This document shows, one piece after another, positions 43,801-54,873 of a stretch of DNA of 64,000 bases; position 1 is the first letter of the stretch; each line of letters starts with the position of its first letter. The DNA is from Nitrosopumilus sp. GTDB lineage: Archaea > Thermoproteota > Nitrososphaeria > Nitrososphaerales > Nitrosopumilaceae. The stretch spans positions 768,001-832,000 of the forward strand of contig OZ245040.1 in assembly GCA_965224195.1 (NCBI GenBank), given 5' to 3'. The position numbers were made by a program, and so were the translations under genes. The notes beneath the pieces are model-generated. The model ran no database searches, was not told the DNA's origin, and worked only from the letters and a program-made list of their open reading frames with translations.

Positions 43801-44363
43801 ACTGTAACAGCACAGAATAATGCGCAAGGCTCTTCATCATCATCTGACACTGCTTCTTCTGACACCGCATCATCATCAGGCGGCAGTTCCTCTTCATCAT
43901 CAGGCGGCAGTTCCTCTTCTTCTTCTTCTTCTGACACTATCACATCATCATGTGATGCAGGCAAATTGTTGCTGGATAATGGCTTATGTATGGACCCTGA
44001 ACCTGGAACCTTTGCATGTCTGTCTGAGCAGGTGATGAATCATGACGGAACATGCCTTGATGCATCAAAGACAGCCATCGCCCAAGATGATGACATGATT
44101 AAACTGCTACCACCATCATCTGACACCCAGAGCACTGATGCCATCAAAAAGCAAAATGAGATGATAAAGAGATGGGCAGGATACTCTGAATTCTCTGCAA
44201 CTGATGCTGAGCTGATAAAGTCACTTGGCATTACAAATGACCTGCCACCTGACGTATCATTGCCAAAATGGATAAAGAAACACCTTGGAGAGATGGTATA
44301 TAAAAATCAGATTTCAGTAGAGCAGCTAAAGACAGTCTTGTCTTACATGGTGGGCGTCTTAAA

Positions 44364-44367
<4 letters not shown>
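31816..44367 (+). CDS. Giant 4183-aa surface protein: NHL propeller, 9 Ig-like scaffold modules, 7 five-repeat propellers, ~6 FN3-like domains, thaumarchaeal C-terminal domain
   Basis: Signal peptide; GSGDGQFNTP NHL repeats; 35 'P.GVAF...GTKMFV' repeats; APT.L...TATITWTAP FN3 motifs; LPKWIK tail. Confidence 0.92.
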
Positions 44368-45380
<1,013 letters not shown>

Positions 45381-45396
45381 TTGTCAATTATTTGCC

Positions 45397-45502
45397 ACTA
45401 GCAGGTACATTCTACCATCTAGTTGAAGGCCTACAATCTCCAGGCAAATAAAATATTTGTAGTCTGACTGGCAGGTACATTTTACCATCTAGTTGAAGGC
45501 CT
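45397..45502 (+). CRISPR. Putative CRISPR mini-array (2 x 36-bp repeat, 34-bp spacer)
   Basis: ACTRGCAGGTACATTYTACCATCTAGTTGAAGGCCT at 45397 and 45467 (period 70); hairpin-forming; unique spacer; no cas gene nearby. Confidence 0.45.
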
Positions 45503-45584
45503 GGAACCTATGCACTGCGTCTTACAGCATTGTAAATGTCAGTAAAGACTTGCACACATCAGACAGAACATGGTTTCATAAAAT

Positions 45585-45810
45585 ACTTTGTCAAACAAAC
45601 AACAATCTGATCAACTTTATTTCATAACAATATCTTTGGATCTCACATTCTGCTATTCATGGTACAATGGAGTCAATACAATGAAAATAGTCAGAAGAGG
45701 TGAAATTATGTCATTGAGTACTACTGGCATAAAGAACTGGAGGTCATGAATCACAACAAAAGAGGTAGAAAGTCCAGGCTATCCTGAAAAACCCCAATGC
45801 ACTGGCCTAC
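45585..45810 (+). pseudogene. Relic of IS5-family (IS903-like) transposase 5' end
   Basis: From ATG 45659: MVQWSQYNEN / VRRGEI / YWHKELEVMNHNKRGRK across frameshifts, resembling the NW..YN..LVRRGE N-terminus. Confidence 0.5.
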
Positions 45811-45983
45811 TTTCCAGATAATCCTTAGATGATTTTGGATAATTCTGACGTTCCTAGCTGGTTCTGGAATTTATCATAACCAAGAGAGCAGCAGCAGCAG
45901 AAAAAATATAATTATGCCAAAAGCGGGAGCGAAGAGGAGGAGGAGGACGAATTAAAATCAAGTTAAGTGAAGGCAGAAAATGT

Positions 45984-46701
45984 GTGACATGTATGAGGAT
46001 GTTCAGGTGCAGTACAACTGCATCAAGGCAAAAGAACTGCTCGCCTGCGTGCAGTGAAAAATATCAAAAGGAATACAGCCAGCCCCGAGACAAAGGAGAG
46101 GATAAAAAAATACAACCAGAAACCCGAGGTAAAGGAATACAGAAAAAAATACTATCAGAAACCTGAGACAAAGGAGAGGCTAAAAAAATACTATCAGAAA
46201 CCCGAGACAAAGGAGAGGATGAGAAGATACCGTCAGAAACCCGAGACAAAGGAGAGGATAAAAAGATACAACCAGCTACCCGAGACAAAGGAGAAGATAA
46301 AAAGATACAACCAGCTACCCGAGACAAAGGAATACAGAAAAAAATACTATCAGAAACCCGAGACAAAGGAGAGGATAAAAAAATACAACCAGAAACCTGA
46401 GGTAAAGGAGAGGCTAAAAAAATACTATCAGAAACCTGAGGTAAAGGAGAGAATAAAAAAATACGGCCAGCTACCCGAGACAAAGGAGAGGATAAAAAAA
46501 TACAGCCAGCTACCCGAGACAAAGGAGATGGTGAGAAGATACTATCAGAAACCTGAGACAAAGGAGAGGGTGAGAAGGTACCGTCAGAAACCCGAGACAA
46601 AGGAGAGGATAAAAAAATACGACCAGCGCCGAAAAGAAGAGGCAGCAAAATTTATCTCCTCTGCATCTGCTGCGGCCCCGGCAAATGCCAGTGATCTTTG
46701 A
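45984..46701 (+). pseudogene. Zn-finger + 14 x 13-aa repeat protein, copy 1 (frameshift at ~46083)
   Basis: Lacks 2 nt relative to copy 2 at the finger/repeat junction; 39-bp tandem units. Confidence 0.8.
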
Positions 46702-46906
46702 TAAACCCAAGCCCTGGCCATTTCCCCATTTCTTGGATTGATCCAGAACCAGCTAGGAACGTCAGAATTGTCCAAAATTATCTAAGGACCATCTGGAATT
46801 TATCATAACCAAGAGAGCAGCAGCAGAAAAAATATAATTATGCCAAAAGCGGGAGCGAAGAGGAGGAGGGCGAATTAAAATCAAGTTAAGAGAAGGCAGA
46901 AAGTGT

Positions 46907-47662
46907 GTGACATGTATGAGGATGTTCAGGTGCACCACTGCATCAAGGCAAAAGAACTGCTCGCCTGCGTGCAGTGAAAAATATCAAAAGGAATACAGCC
47001 AGCGCCCCGAGACAAAGGAGAAGATAAAAAAATACAACCAGCGACCCGAAGCAAAGGAATACAGAAAAAAATACTATCAGAAACCCGAGACAAAGGAGAG
47101 GTTAAAAAGATACAACCAGCTACCCGAGACAAAGGAGAGGTTAAAAAGATACAACCAGCTACCCGAGACAAAGGAGAGGTTAAAAAAATACAACCAGAAA
47201 CCCGAGACAAAGGAGAGGCTAAAAAAATACAACCAGAAACCCGAGGTAAAGAAATACAGAAAAAAATACTATCAGAAACCCGAGATAAAGGAGAGGTTAA
47301 AAAGATACAACCAGCTACCCGAGACAAAGGAGAGGCTAAAAAGATACCGCCAGAAACCCGAGACAAAGGAGAGGCTAAAAAAATACAACCAGAAACCCGA
47401 GACAAAGGAATACAGAAAAAAATACAACCAGAAACCCGAGACAAAGGAGAGGCTAAAAAGATACCGCCAGCTACCCGAGACAAAGGAGAGGATAAAAAAA
47501 TACAGCCAGAAACCCGAGGTAAAGGAATACAGAAAAAAATACAGCCAGCTACCCGAGACAAAGGAGCGCAGAAAAAAATACGACCAGCGCAAAAAAGAAG
47601 AGGCAGCAAAATTGGCCTCCTCTGCATCTACTGCGGCTCCGGCAAATGCCAGTGATCTTTGA
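46907..47662 (+). CDS. Zn-finger + 15 x 13-aa basic repeat protein, copy 2
   Basis: (KCV)TC..F......RQKNCSPAC then [KLR]PE[TV]KE.[LIR]K[KR]Y.Q x15. Confidence 0.75.
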   Translation: MTCMRMFRCTTASRQKNCSPACSEKYQKEYSQRPETKEKIKKYNQRPEAKEYRKKYYQKPETKERLKRYNQLPETKERLKRYNQLPETKERLKKYNQKPETKERLKKYNQKPEVKKYRKKYYQKPEIKERLKRYNQLPETKERLKRYRQKPETKERLKKYNQKPETKEYRKKYNQKPETKERLKRYRQLPETKERIKKYSQKPEVKEYRKKYSQLPETKERRKKYDQRKKEEAAKLASSASTAAPANASDL

Positions 47663-47734
47663 TAAACCCAAGCCCTGGCCATTTCTCCATTTCCTGGATT
47701 AATCCAGAACCCCTGATTGAGACAAATATCCCGG

Positions 47735-47835
47735 GCAGATACAGTCTCGTAAATATATGCCGTATAATTCTGAAACTCTGCACCGCATGCAGAAACGCAT
47801 TGCAAGGTCATTTATTTTCTCATTGTGAATGTCAT
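47735..47835. repeat. 101-bp direct repeat, partner at 31496-31596
   Basis: See partner. Confidence 0.9.
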
Positions 47836-47899
47836 ATCTAATTTTGCACTTTCTGCCAAAGTACTCAAGGTTCAATCTGTAATTTTTATTTGCTGCCGC

Positions 47900-49078
47900 T
47901 TATGAATTTGTTGGGGGATCATGTCTTACTTCTTTGCTTGCAATCCATCTGTTGACTCGCTCCAGCTCGTCTTTTAATACTTCAATCTCTTCAGTTTGCT
48001 TTGTCTCAAGTGTCATAAGGTCAGACTCTGCCTTTTCAGCTCTCACCCTCTCACGTTCTGCATCATCGATGGTCAGATACGGGATTGCCTTTACAAATTC
48101 AGCATAGCATTCCTCTCTAGTAGGTTCTAGATATATTCCATCTAATCCTTTTTTATGAGCCATTAATTTTTCTGCAATGTTGGAATTTACAGAATTTTCA
48201 AGCTTTAAAATTTTGTTAAAACGTTTTCTAAACATATAGACAATGGCTTTATCGTATCTGTATTTTGAGACTTTGACTCGTTTAACCCCTCCTTTTTTAA
48301 TTAATTCTTCTAGTCTATATCTTACGTTTTTGTCTGTCATGTGTTCATTTTTGGCACTTCTGCTATCTACAATTCTAAAAATCGGACTTTCATCATCAAG
48401 TTTTTCATTTTGTAATTTTCGCCATTCAAAATAATCATCTAAAGCTTTTACTGCTTCAGGAGTTAGAAAAACCCAATAACCCTCTTTTGATTCATCATAA
48501 ATCTTAATTGCATAACAATATTTCTTAATTGATTTATCCGTTGGATGAGGCATGGATACCAAATGCTTCATTTTTAATACAGGATCAATTAATGCTCCAG
48601 GTCTAATTCCCGTTGAGGCCAAAAAGTGGACTATTGCTTTTTGTCTTAAAGTTGTTGAGGCCTCAATCATTCGTTTAACTTCATCATCAGTAATTGGCGT
48701 TTTACCTCCGGGTATCCCTTTATCTGATTTGATCTCTTTTTTGATCCTTTTATCATGCCAAATACAATCATTCATAATCAAAAATAATTCGACTCCTGCA
48801 ATGCTGGTCTTTATTGTGCGTCCCTTAGTGCCTCTCTGTTCAATTGAATCAACATAATCTTCTAATAAAATATCAATTTTCTTAGTATCTAATGAAGCTA
48901 ATTTATCATAATCAGTAAGATTATGAAATTTCATAAAATTAAACAAATGCTTCGTATATGCGGCCTTGGTTATCTCTGTGTTAGTCCCTTTCAAAAAACG
49001 CCTATATGATCTAAATTTTTGTGCCTGTTCTTGTGGATATTCAAGCGGAAATAGTCTTTGAACCATTACTTTATTCAA
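47900..49078 (-). CDS. Tyrosine recombinase/integrase, intact
   Basis: STGIRPG (R), YMFRKRF (HxxR variant), LMAH, GIY (Y); adjacent to the att repeat. Confidence 0.92.
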   Translation of the reverse strand: MNKVMVQRLFPLEYPQEQAQKFRSYRRFLKGTNTEITKAAYTKHLFNFMKFHNLTDYDKLASLDTKKIDILLEDYVDSIEQRGTKGRTIKTSIAGVELFLIMNDCIWHDKRIKKEIKSDKGIPGGKTPITDDEVKRMIEASTTLRQKAIVHFLASTGIRPGALIDPVLKMKHLVSMPHPTDKSIKKYCYAIKIYDESKEGYWVFLTPEAVKALDDYFEWRKLQNEKLDDESPIFRIVDSRSAKNEHMTDKNVRYRLEELIKKGGVKRVKVSKYRYDKAIVYMFRKRFNKILKLENSVNSNIAEKLMAHKKGLDGIYLEPTREECYAEFVKAIPYLTIDDAERERVRAEKAESDLMTLETKQTEEIEVLKDELERVNRWIASKEVRHDPPTNS

Positions 49079-49091
49079 ACACTAATAATAT

Positions 49092-50270
49092 TTAATACAT
49101 ACTATCAGTGTCATTAATTATCTTTTTTTCAAGTCTGTCCTCTAGAGGGATCTCTATGAGATCACCCATTCTTAGATTCTTTAATCCTGCAGCAACGGCT
49201 TTTGCACCTTCATCGTTTTTCTTTAATCCTAGAAGAGACATTAAATACGCAGCACCTGTTTTACCTGCTAGTTCCCCAAATACTATCCTTCGTCTATTTC
49301 CAACTGCTCTAGGGGGGATTGGTTCATAGGCTGCAGGATTTTTTAGAATTGCTGCAAGGTGGGTTCCTGCTTTGTGCTTATAAGCTGATGAACCTACAAT
49401 TGGTTTAGAATCATATGGTTTGATTGATGTGTAATCCTCAATTAGTCTGGATAAATCAAGTAACATGTCTAATCTGAAATCGTTAGGTGATTTGTAAAGA
49501 TACGTTAATGCAACTGCAATTTCTGCAAGAGGAGGAATTCCTGTTCTTTCTCCAATTCCGTCAATCGTAGTATGAATTTGATCTACTCCTGCATCACATG
49601 CCGAAAATGCATTTGCAACTGCAAAACCGATATCATTATGAACATGTGCATCTAATGGAACATCTACAACTTCTCTTACTTTTTTTACAAAATTGTACAT
49701 TCCAATTGGACGTAAAATCCCTACAGTGTCTGGTAAACTGATTCTATCAACACCTGCTTCTTCTATTGCTTTACAAACTTTTAGTAAGAATTCTGGTTCT
49801 GCTCTACTTCCATCTTCAACTGTGAATCTAATTTTCAGTCCATGTGATTTTGCATATTCTACAGTTCCCACTGCTCTTTCAAGTGCTTCTTCTCTTGTGA
49901 TTCTTAATTTATCTTTTAGATGAATATCTGAAATTCCTAAATATGCTGCACACCATTTTGCATCACAATCTAATGAAATGTCTATATCTGATTTGAGTGC
50001 ACGTCCGTGAGAAACAATGTCTGCCTTTAATCCTTGTTTGATGATTGTTTTAGTTGCTTCTTTGTGATCACTTGAAACTATTGGAGAAATTTCAATTTGA
50101 TCAACACCAAAGTAATCTAACATCCATGCAATTTGGATTCTTTGTTTATTTGTAAATGAAACACCTGGGTGCTGTTCACCTTCTCTTAGAGTACTATCCA
50201 ATATTCTAATTTTCTTTGGATTTTTTTCATATGTGTTGTATATGTTTGCATAGTGATTCGGATCTTTCAT
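49092..50270 (-). CDS. Homocitrate synthase (LeuA/AksA family); last residues supplied by the element
   Basis: LDSTLREGEQ, HVHND, GIGERTG, HKAGTH; located in the lysine cluster. Confidence 0.88.
   Translation of the reverse strand: MKDPNHYANIYNTYEKNPKKIRILDSTLREGEQHPGVSFTNKQRIQIAWMLDYFGVDQIEISPIVSSDHKEATKTIIKQGLKADIVSHGRALKSDIDISLDCDAKWCAAYLGISDIHLKDKLRITREEALERAVGTVEYAKSHGLKIRFTVEDGSRAEPEFLLKVCKAIEEAGVDRISLPDTVGILRPIGMYNFVKKVREVVDVPLDAHVHNDIGFAVANAFSACDAGVDQIHTTIDGIGERTGIPPLAEIAVALTYLYKSPNDFRLDMLLDLSRLIEDYTSIKPYDSKPIVGSSAYKHKAGTHLAAILKNPAAYEPIPPRAVGNRRRIVFGELAGKTGAAYLMSLLGLKKNDEGAKAVAAGLKNLRMGDLIEIPLEDRLEKKIINDTDSMY
49111..49125. repeat. Right att core TCATTAATTATCTTT
   Basis: Identical to 8937-8951; lies within the last codons of homocitrate synthase. 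Confidence 0.9.
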
Positions 50271-50387
50271 TACTAATATCGCTGATATAAATTGATGATA
50301 TAAACATATTCGTACTAAGTTCGTTGATAAATAGTAGAAATGATCCTAAATTAGTTTTGAAATTAAATTTTGAAACGAAAGTCGTAA

Positions 50388-50807
50388 TTAGATAATTTTT
50401 CTTAAAATGATGACTGTGTTAGTGTCTACTACCCCTGGAATTTTCCTTAGAGCATCAATGGTGTTATTAATTTCTGCAATGTTTGATGCACTCATTATTG
50501 TTGTAATGTCATATTGACCTGTAATCTCATAAACTGTTTTCACTCCTTCAAGCTTTGCAAGTTTTAATGATACTTTGGATGTCTCTGTTGTAGAATCTAC
50601 TGAAACTAAAACAATTGCGCTAGTTGAATTCTCTTCTCCAAGTTCCAAAGTAAATTTCTTAATTGTTCCACTGTCTACTAAATTCCTAACTCGTCTTCTA
50701 ACTGCAGACTCTGAAAGTTTTAATTTTTTACCAATATCTACAAATGATTCTCTAGAATCCTCTTTCAAATAACCAATAATTTTTTCATCTACTTTGTCTT
50801 TATACAT
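50388..50807 (-). CDS. lysM: Lrp/AsnC regulator LysM
   Basis: LSESAVRRRV HTH, YEITGQYDI; lys cluster. Confidence 0.85.
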   Translation of the reverse strand: MYKDKVDEKIIGYLKEDSRESFVDIGKKLKLSESAVRRRVRNLVDSGTIKKFTLELGEENSTSAIVLVSVDSTTETSKVSLKLAKLEGVKTVYEITGQYDITTIMSASNIAEINNTIDALRKIPGVVDTNTVIILRKII

Positions 50808-51975
50808 TTCTTTTTTCTTCCTCTTCTGTTAGTACAGAATCAAGAGCATGTAAAACTTTTGTTACGTCATCTTCTGATATTACTAATGGGGGGAGAATTC
50901 TGAGAATGTTTCTTCCAGAGTAGAGCATTAAAACTCCTTTTTTAATTAATCCCATCAAAATATCTTTAACTTCAAATTTCATCTCAATTCCTATCATGAG
51001 ACCTTTACCTCTAATCTCCCTAATCATGGAATGTTTCTCTTTTAATTTTTCTAAGCCTTCTCTGAATAGCTTCCCCATCTTATCTGAATTTTCAATTAAA
51101 CCCTCTTCTGTAATTGCTTTAAGAGCTGCGGTTCCTGCTGCACAAGATATTGGATTACCTCCAAATGTTGATGAATGTTCACCTTTACTAATTGAATCTA
51201 AAATATCTGGTCTTACAAGCGTTGCACCCATTGGTACCCCTCCTGCAATTCCTTTTGCAAGACATAGAATATCTGGTGCAGTATTCCAATGATCACAAGC
51301 CCATAATCGTCCTGTTCTACCTAAACCAGCTTGTATTTCGTCAAAAATTAGCACAATCCCTTTTTCATCGCAAAGTTTTCTAACTTCTTGTAAAAATCCT
51401 TCAGGCGCGACAATAATCCCACTTTCACCTTGAATCGGTTCTAAAATTACAAATGCAGTATCATCATCAATTACTGAACGTAATGATTCTATGTCTCCAT
51501 ATGATGCAAAAGAAACTTTCTCTACTAGTGGTGCAAATGCCTTTCTATATTTTGGACTAAATGTTATTGATAATGCCCCAAATGATTTTCCGTGATATGA
51601 TCCTTTCATTGCAACCATTCCTTTTTTTCCTGTAAATTTCCTTGCAAATTTCATTGCAGCTTCAATAGCTTCAGCACCACTGTTGTTAAGATGGACTTGT
51701 GTCAAACCTTTTGGCGCTAAACCAATAAGGAGTGTCAAAAACTCTTCTCTGGTTTTATTGTATAGAGAGCTATGAACTGTAATTATTTTATCAATCTGTT
51801 CTTTGATTGCATCATTCACTCTTTGATTTTTATGACCTACTAATGCTACTCCGTATCCGCCCATACAATCGATGTATTCTTTTCCATCAACATCCCATAC
51901 GTGTGCCCCTACACCTTTTTCAATTGTTACTGGAAATCTCTGATATAGATTTCCCATAAATTGGTCTTCACTCAT
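50800..51975 (-). CDS. lysJ: [LysW]-aminoadipate/glutamate semialdehyde aminotransferase
   Basis: NSGAEAIE, EPIQGESG, FDEIQAGLGRTG, AKG. Confidence 0.9.
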   Translation of the reverse strand: MSEDQFMGNLYQRFPVTIEKGVGAHVWDVDGKEYIDCMGGYGVALVGHKNQRVNDAIKEQIDKIITVHSSLYNKTREEFLTLLIGLAPKGLTQVHLNNSGAEAIEAAMKFARKFTGKKGMVAMKGSYHGKSFGALSITFSPKYRKAFAPLVEKVSFASYGDIESLRSVIDDDTAFVILEPIQGESGIIVAPEGFLQEVRKLCDEKGIVLIFDEIQAGLGRTGRLWACDHWNTAPDILCLAKGIAGGVPMGATLVRPDILDSISKGEHSSTFGGNPISCAAGTAALKAITEEGLIENSDKMGKLFREGLEKLKEKHSMIREIRGKGLMIGIEMKFEVKDILMGLIKKGVLMLYSGRNILRILPPLVISEDDVTKVLHALDSVLTEEEEKRNV

Positions 51976-52771
51976 GTTCAATTACCGTACAATTATCATG
52001 TGCAATTGCTGAAGAAATTGGGTTTTCTCTTTGTCCATTTCCAATCAATGCCTCTTTCACTCCCATATCTAATGCTTCAGTTGATGCCAAAATCTTTTTT
52101 TCCATTCCTGGACCAATTTTTGGTCTAATTTCTTTTGCTTCTACTAATGTTAGTTTTGGAACAACTTTGTCATCCATTAATAGTCCATCAACATTTGTGA
52201 TGAATAATACTTTATCACAACCAACTTTACCTGCAACATACGCTGCAGCCCTATCTCCATCAATATTCAAAAATTCTGATTCTTCACTCATTGCTATGGG
52301 TGAGATGACTGGTGTTAGACCTTGCTCTAAAAGTGATATGATAAATTTTGAATTAACTTCTCTAATTTTACCTGTATATCCACCATCAATTGCTTGTTTT
52401 CTGCCTTTTTCATTCATAATGAGTAGTTTCTTTTTCCTATCTGCCTTGATGAGTTTTGCATCTACTCCTGAAAGTCCAATTGCATTAATCCCATTTTTTT
52501 GAAGCATCTGAACAATTGTTTTATTGATTCTGCCTGACATTACCATGGTGAAAATCTCTGCAGTCTCTTTGTCTGTATATCTACTCTTAATTCCACTTGG
52601 TGATGTTACAAATTTTGGTTCTTTCCCAAGTTGTTTACACATTTTGGTAACTTCTTTTCCTCCGCCATGAACAATAATAACTCCTTCACTTTCTGCTGTT
52701 TTTTTAATATCTAGAATTGTTGATGGATGTAAATCGTCTACTACACTTCCTCCAATTTTGATTGTGATCAT
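51968..52771 (-). CDS. lysZ: [LysW]-aminoadipate/glutamate kinase
   Basis: IKIGGS, VHGGG, NIDGDRAA. Confidence 0.9.
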   Translation of the reverse strand: MITIKIGGSVVDDLHPSTILDIKKTAESEGVIIVHGGGKEVTKMCKQLGKEPKFVTSPSGIKSRYTDKETAEIFTMVMSGRINKTIVQMLQKNGINAIGLSGVDAKLIKADRKKKLLIMNEKGRKQAIDGGYTGKIREVNSKFIISLLEQGLTPVISPIAMSEESEFLNIDGDRAAAYVAGKVGCDKVLFITNVDGLLMDDKVVPKLTLVEAKEIRPKIGPGMEKKILASTEALDMGVKEALIGNGQRENPISSAIAHDNCTVIEHE

Positions 52772-52773
52772 TT

Positions 52774-53820
52774 CTAAACAGGAGTTAATGGTGTATATCT
52801 TAGTCCTTCCATTTCATCAAAACCACTCATTACATTCATGTTTTGAATGGCAGAACCGGCTGCACCTTTCATTAAATTGTCTGATGCAGAAAGTGCAATC
52901 AATCTATTGTTATCTTCATCTAAATCAAATCCAATGTCACAAAAGTTTGAACCTACTAAGAATTTTGGATCTGGGAATTTGTACAATCCTTTCTTATCTC
53001 TGATTAATCTAACAAATCTTTCTTCACCGTATGCTTGACGATATATTTTCCATAGTTCTTTTTCTTCAATATCTTTTTTCAAGAATGTGTGATTTGTACA
53101 CAAGATACCTCTAACTACATCTACTGCATGTGGACTCATTGATACACGAATTTTATGTCCTGCAACTTCACTAAGCTCCTGTTCAATTTCACCTGTGTGT
53201 CTATGTTTTGCTGGCTTGTATGGTCTGATTACTCCTGCTCTCATTGCATGAGCTGTTCCTGAACCTGAACCTGCTCCTGATGAACCTATTTTTGAATCAA
53301 CAATAATGTGCTCTTCATCAATAAGATTATTTTTGATTAATGGTGCAAGTGCAAGCATTGATGTAACTGCCATACATCCTGGACAAGAAACTAGTTGTGC
53401 TTTTTTTATTTCCTCTCTATGTAATTCTGGTACTCCAAAAACTGATTTTTCTAAATAGTCTGGATGTGGATGTTCCCAACCATACCATTTGTCATATGCC
53501 TCTTGGTTATGCAATCTATAATCAGCACTCAAATCAATTACCTTGACTCCTCTATCATAGAGTGTTTTTACAATTTCAGTTGCAGTTCCATGAGGTACTG
53601 CGGTAAACACAACATCACATTTGTCTGTTAATTTATCATAATCTAATTCTGAAAATGTCAGATCGGTAAACCCTTTCAAACTTGGTTGGATTCTATGTAG
53701 ATATTCTCCGACATGCTGTCTTGAGGTGACCATTGCGATCTCTACTTTTGGATGATTTACTAAAAGACGAAGTGTCTCCCCACCTACATATCCTGATGCT
53801 CCTACAACTCCTACTTTCAT
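52774..53820 (-). CDS. lysY: [LysW]-aminoadipyl/glutamyl-phosphate reductase (ArgC family)
   Basis: GASGYVG, DLSADYR, PGC, DNLMKGAAG. Confidence 0.9.
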   Translation of the reverse strand: MKVGVVGASGYVGGETLRLLVNHPKVEIAMVTSRQHVGEYLHRIQPSLKGFTDLTFSELDYDKLTDKCDVVFTAVPHGTATEIVKTLYDRGVKVIDLSADYRLHNQEAYDKWYGWEHPHPDYLEKSVFGVPELHREEIKKAQLVSCPGCMAVTSMLALAPLIKNNLIDEEHIIVDSKIGSSGAGSGSGTAHAMRAGVIRPYKPAKHRHTGEIEQELSEVAGHKIRVSMSPHAVDVVRGILCTNHTFLKKDIEEKELWKIYRQAYGEERFVRLIRDKKGLYKFPDPKFLVGSNFCDIGFDLDEDNNRLIALSASDNLMKGAAGSAIQNMNVMSGFDEMEGLRYTPLTPV

Positions 53821-53848
53821 GATAAGACACCTCCTAAAGGAGTATAAT

Positions 53849-54706
53849 TTATTTTCTTACGTAGTTTAGCGCAAATTCTATCATTTCTTTTGGTATATTT
53901 CGTTGTGCAACTCTTGCCAATCCTTTGAATTCTACTGTATTGTTTACCTCATGTACAACTAGGCCTTTTTCTTCATCTTCCATCATATCAATTCCTAAAA
54001 TTCCACCACCCATGGCTTTTGCTGCTTTTACTGCCATATCCTCCATTTCTTTTGTGATCTCACAAATCTCTGGATCTGCCCCTAAGGCGATATTTGTTTT
54101 GAACCCTCCTGAAGATTTTCTATACATGGCTGCAATAGGATCATCTCCTACTGTGATTATTCTGATATCTCTTGGTGGTCTTTGGATTAATTCTTGTAAA
54201 TAGTAAATTCTATCATGCGGACTGTCTGTAATGTCTCTTATTTCAAAAACTGCTTCCATGGTATCTTTGTCTTTTAATGGCATGACTCCTCTTCCCCAAC
54301 TTCCAATTACTGGCTTGATTACAAGGGGAAATCCTACTTTTTCTAAATTTTCCGCAGCACTCTCACTTGAAAATGAAAAATATGTTTTAGGTGTTGGAAT
54401 ATTATTTTTTTTCAAAAGTAATGTCATAAACATTTTATTTCCACAAATATTTGCAACTTCAAACTTGTTTAGTACTGGAATATCCATAAATTCTAGACTA
54501 GCCGTAAAATGAAGTCCTCTAAAATAACTAACACATCTTTCTAAAACAACATCTCCTAAATCAAAATCTTCTTTTTTACTGTCTGTATTGACTTGAGTGA
54601 TTTTTGCATCTAACATCAATGCATCATGTCCTAGTTCGGTCGCTTCTTTTTGAAGCATCTTTTCTTCTGCTCTTAAGCGGTCAAAAACGATACAAACTTT
54701 TGACAT
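53849..54706 (-). CDS. argX: Glutamate--LysW ligase (ATP-grasp)
   Basis: KPVIGSWGR, EVNNTVEFKG; follows argG-lysW. ArgX versus LysX assignment is inferred from context. Confidence 0.78.
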   Translation of the reverse strand: MSKVCIVFDRLRAEEKMLQKEATELGHDALMLDAKITQVNTDSKKEDFDLGDVVLERCVSYFRGLHFTASLEFMDIPVLNKFEVANICGNKMFMTLLLKKNNIPTPKTYFSFSSESAAENLEKVGFPLVIKPVIGSWGRGVMPLKDKDTMEAVFEIRDITDSPHDRIYYLQELIQRPPRDIRIITVGDDPIAAMYRKSSGGFKTNIALGADPEICEITKEMEDMAVKAAKAMGGGILGIDMMEDEEKGLVVHEVNNTVEFKGLARVAQRNIPKEMIEFALNYVRK

Positions 54707-54873
54707 TACTCTCCCCAATCTTCGCCTACGGTTTCTGCTTGTTTAAGCTCGGCATTTGATCCATCTTTTTTTGAGATTTCAAAGTCAGCGCCACAATCAG
54801 GGCAGGAAACAATTTCTCCTACTGAGGCATCGTCTGGGATGTTTAATTTTGCATCACATTCTGGGCAGTTCAT
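54706..54873 (-). CDS. lysW: Second LysW/ArgW carrier, 55 aa, canonical EDWGE end (absent from ORF track)
   Basis: Manual translation MNCPECDAKLNIPDDASVGEIVSCPDCGADFEISKKDGSNAELKQAETVGEDWGE. Confidence 0.93.
   Translation of the reverse strand: MNCPECDAKLNIPDDASVGEIVSCPDCGADFEISKKDGSNAELKQAETVGEDWGE

Noticed and set aside
46080-47590. 39-bp periodic repeats as a CRISPR array
   Set aside because: Units are contiguous with no unique spacers and keep one reading frame; this is a coding tandem repeat.
50275-50385. LysM operator upstream of homocitrate synthase
   Set aside because: Only weak dyad symmetry is visible; it cannot be supported without a motif model.
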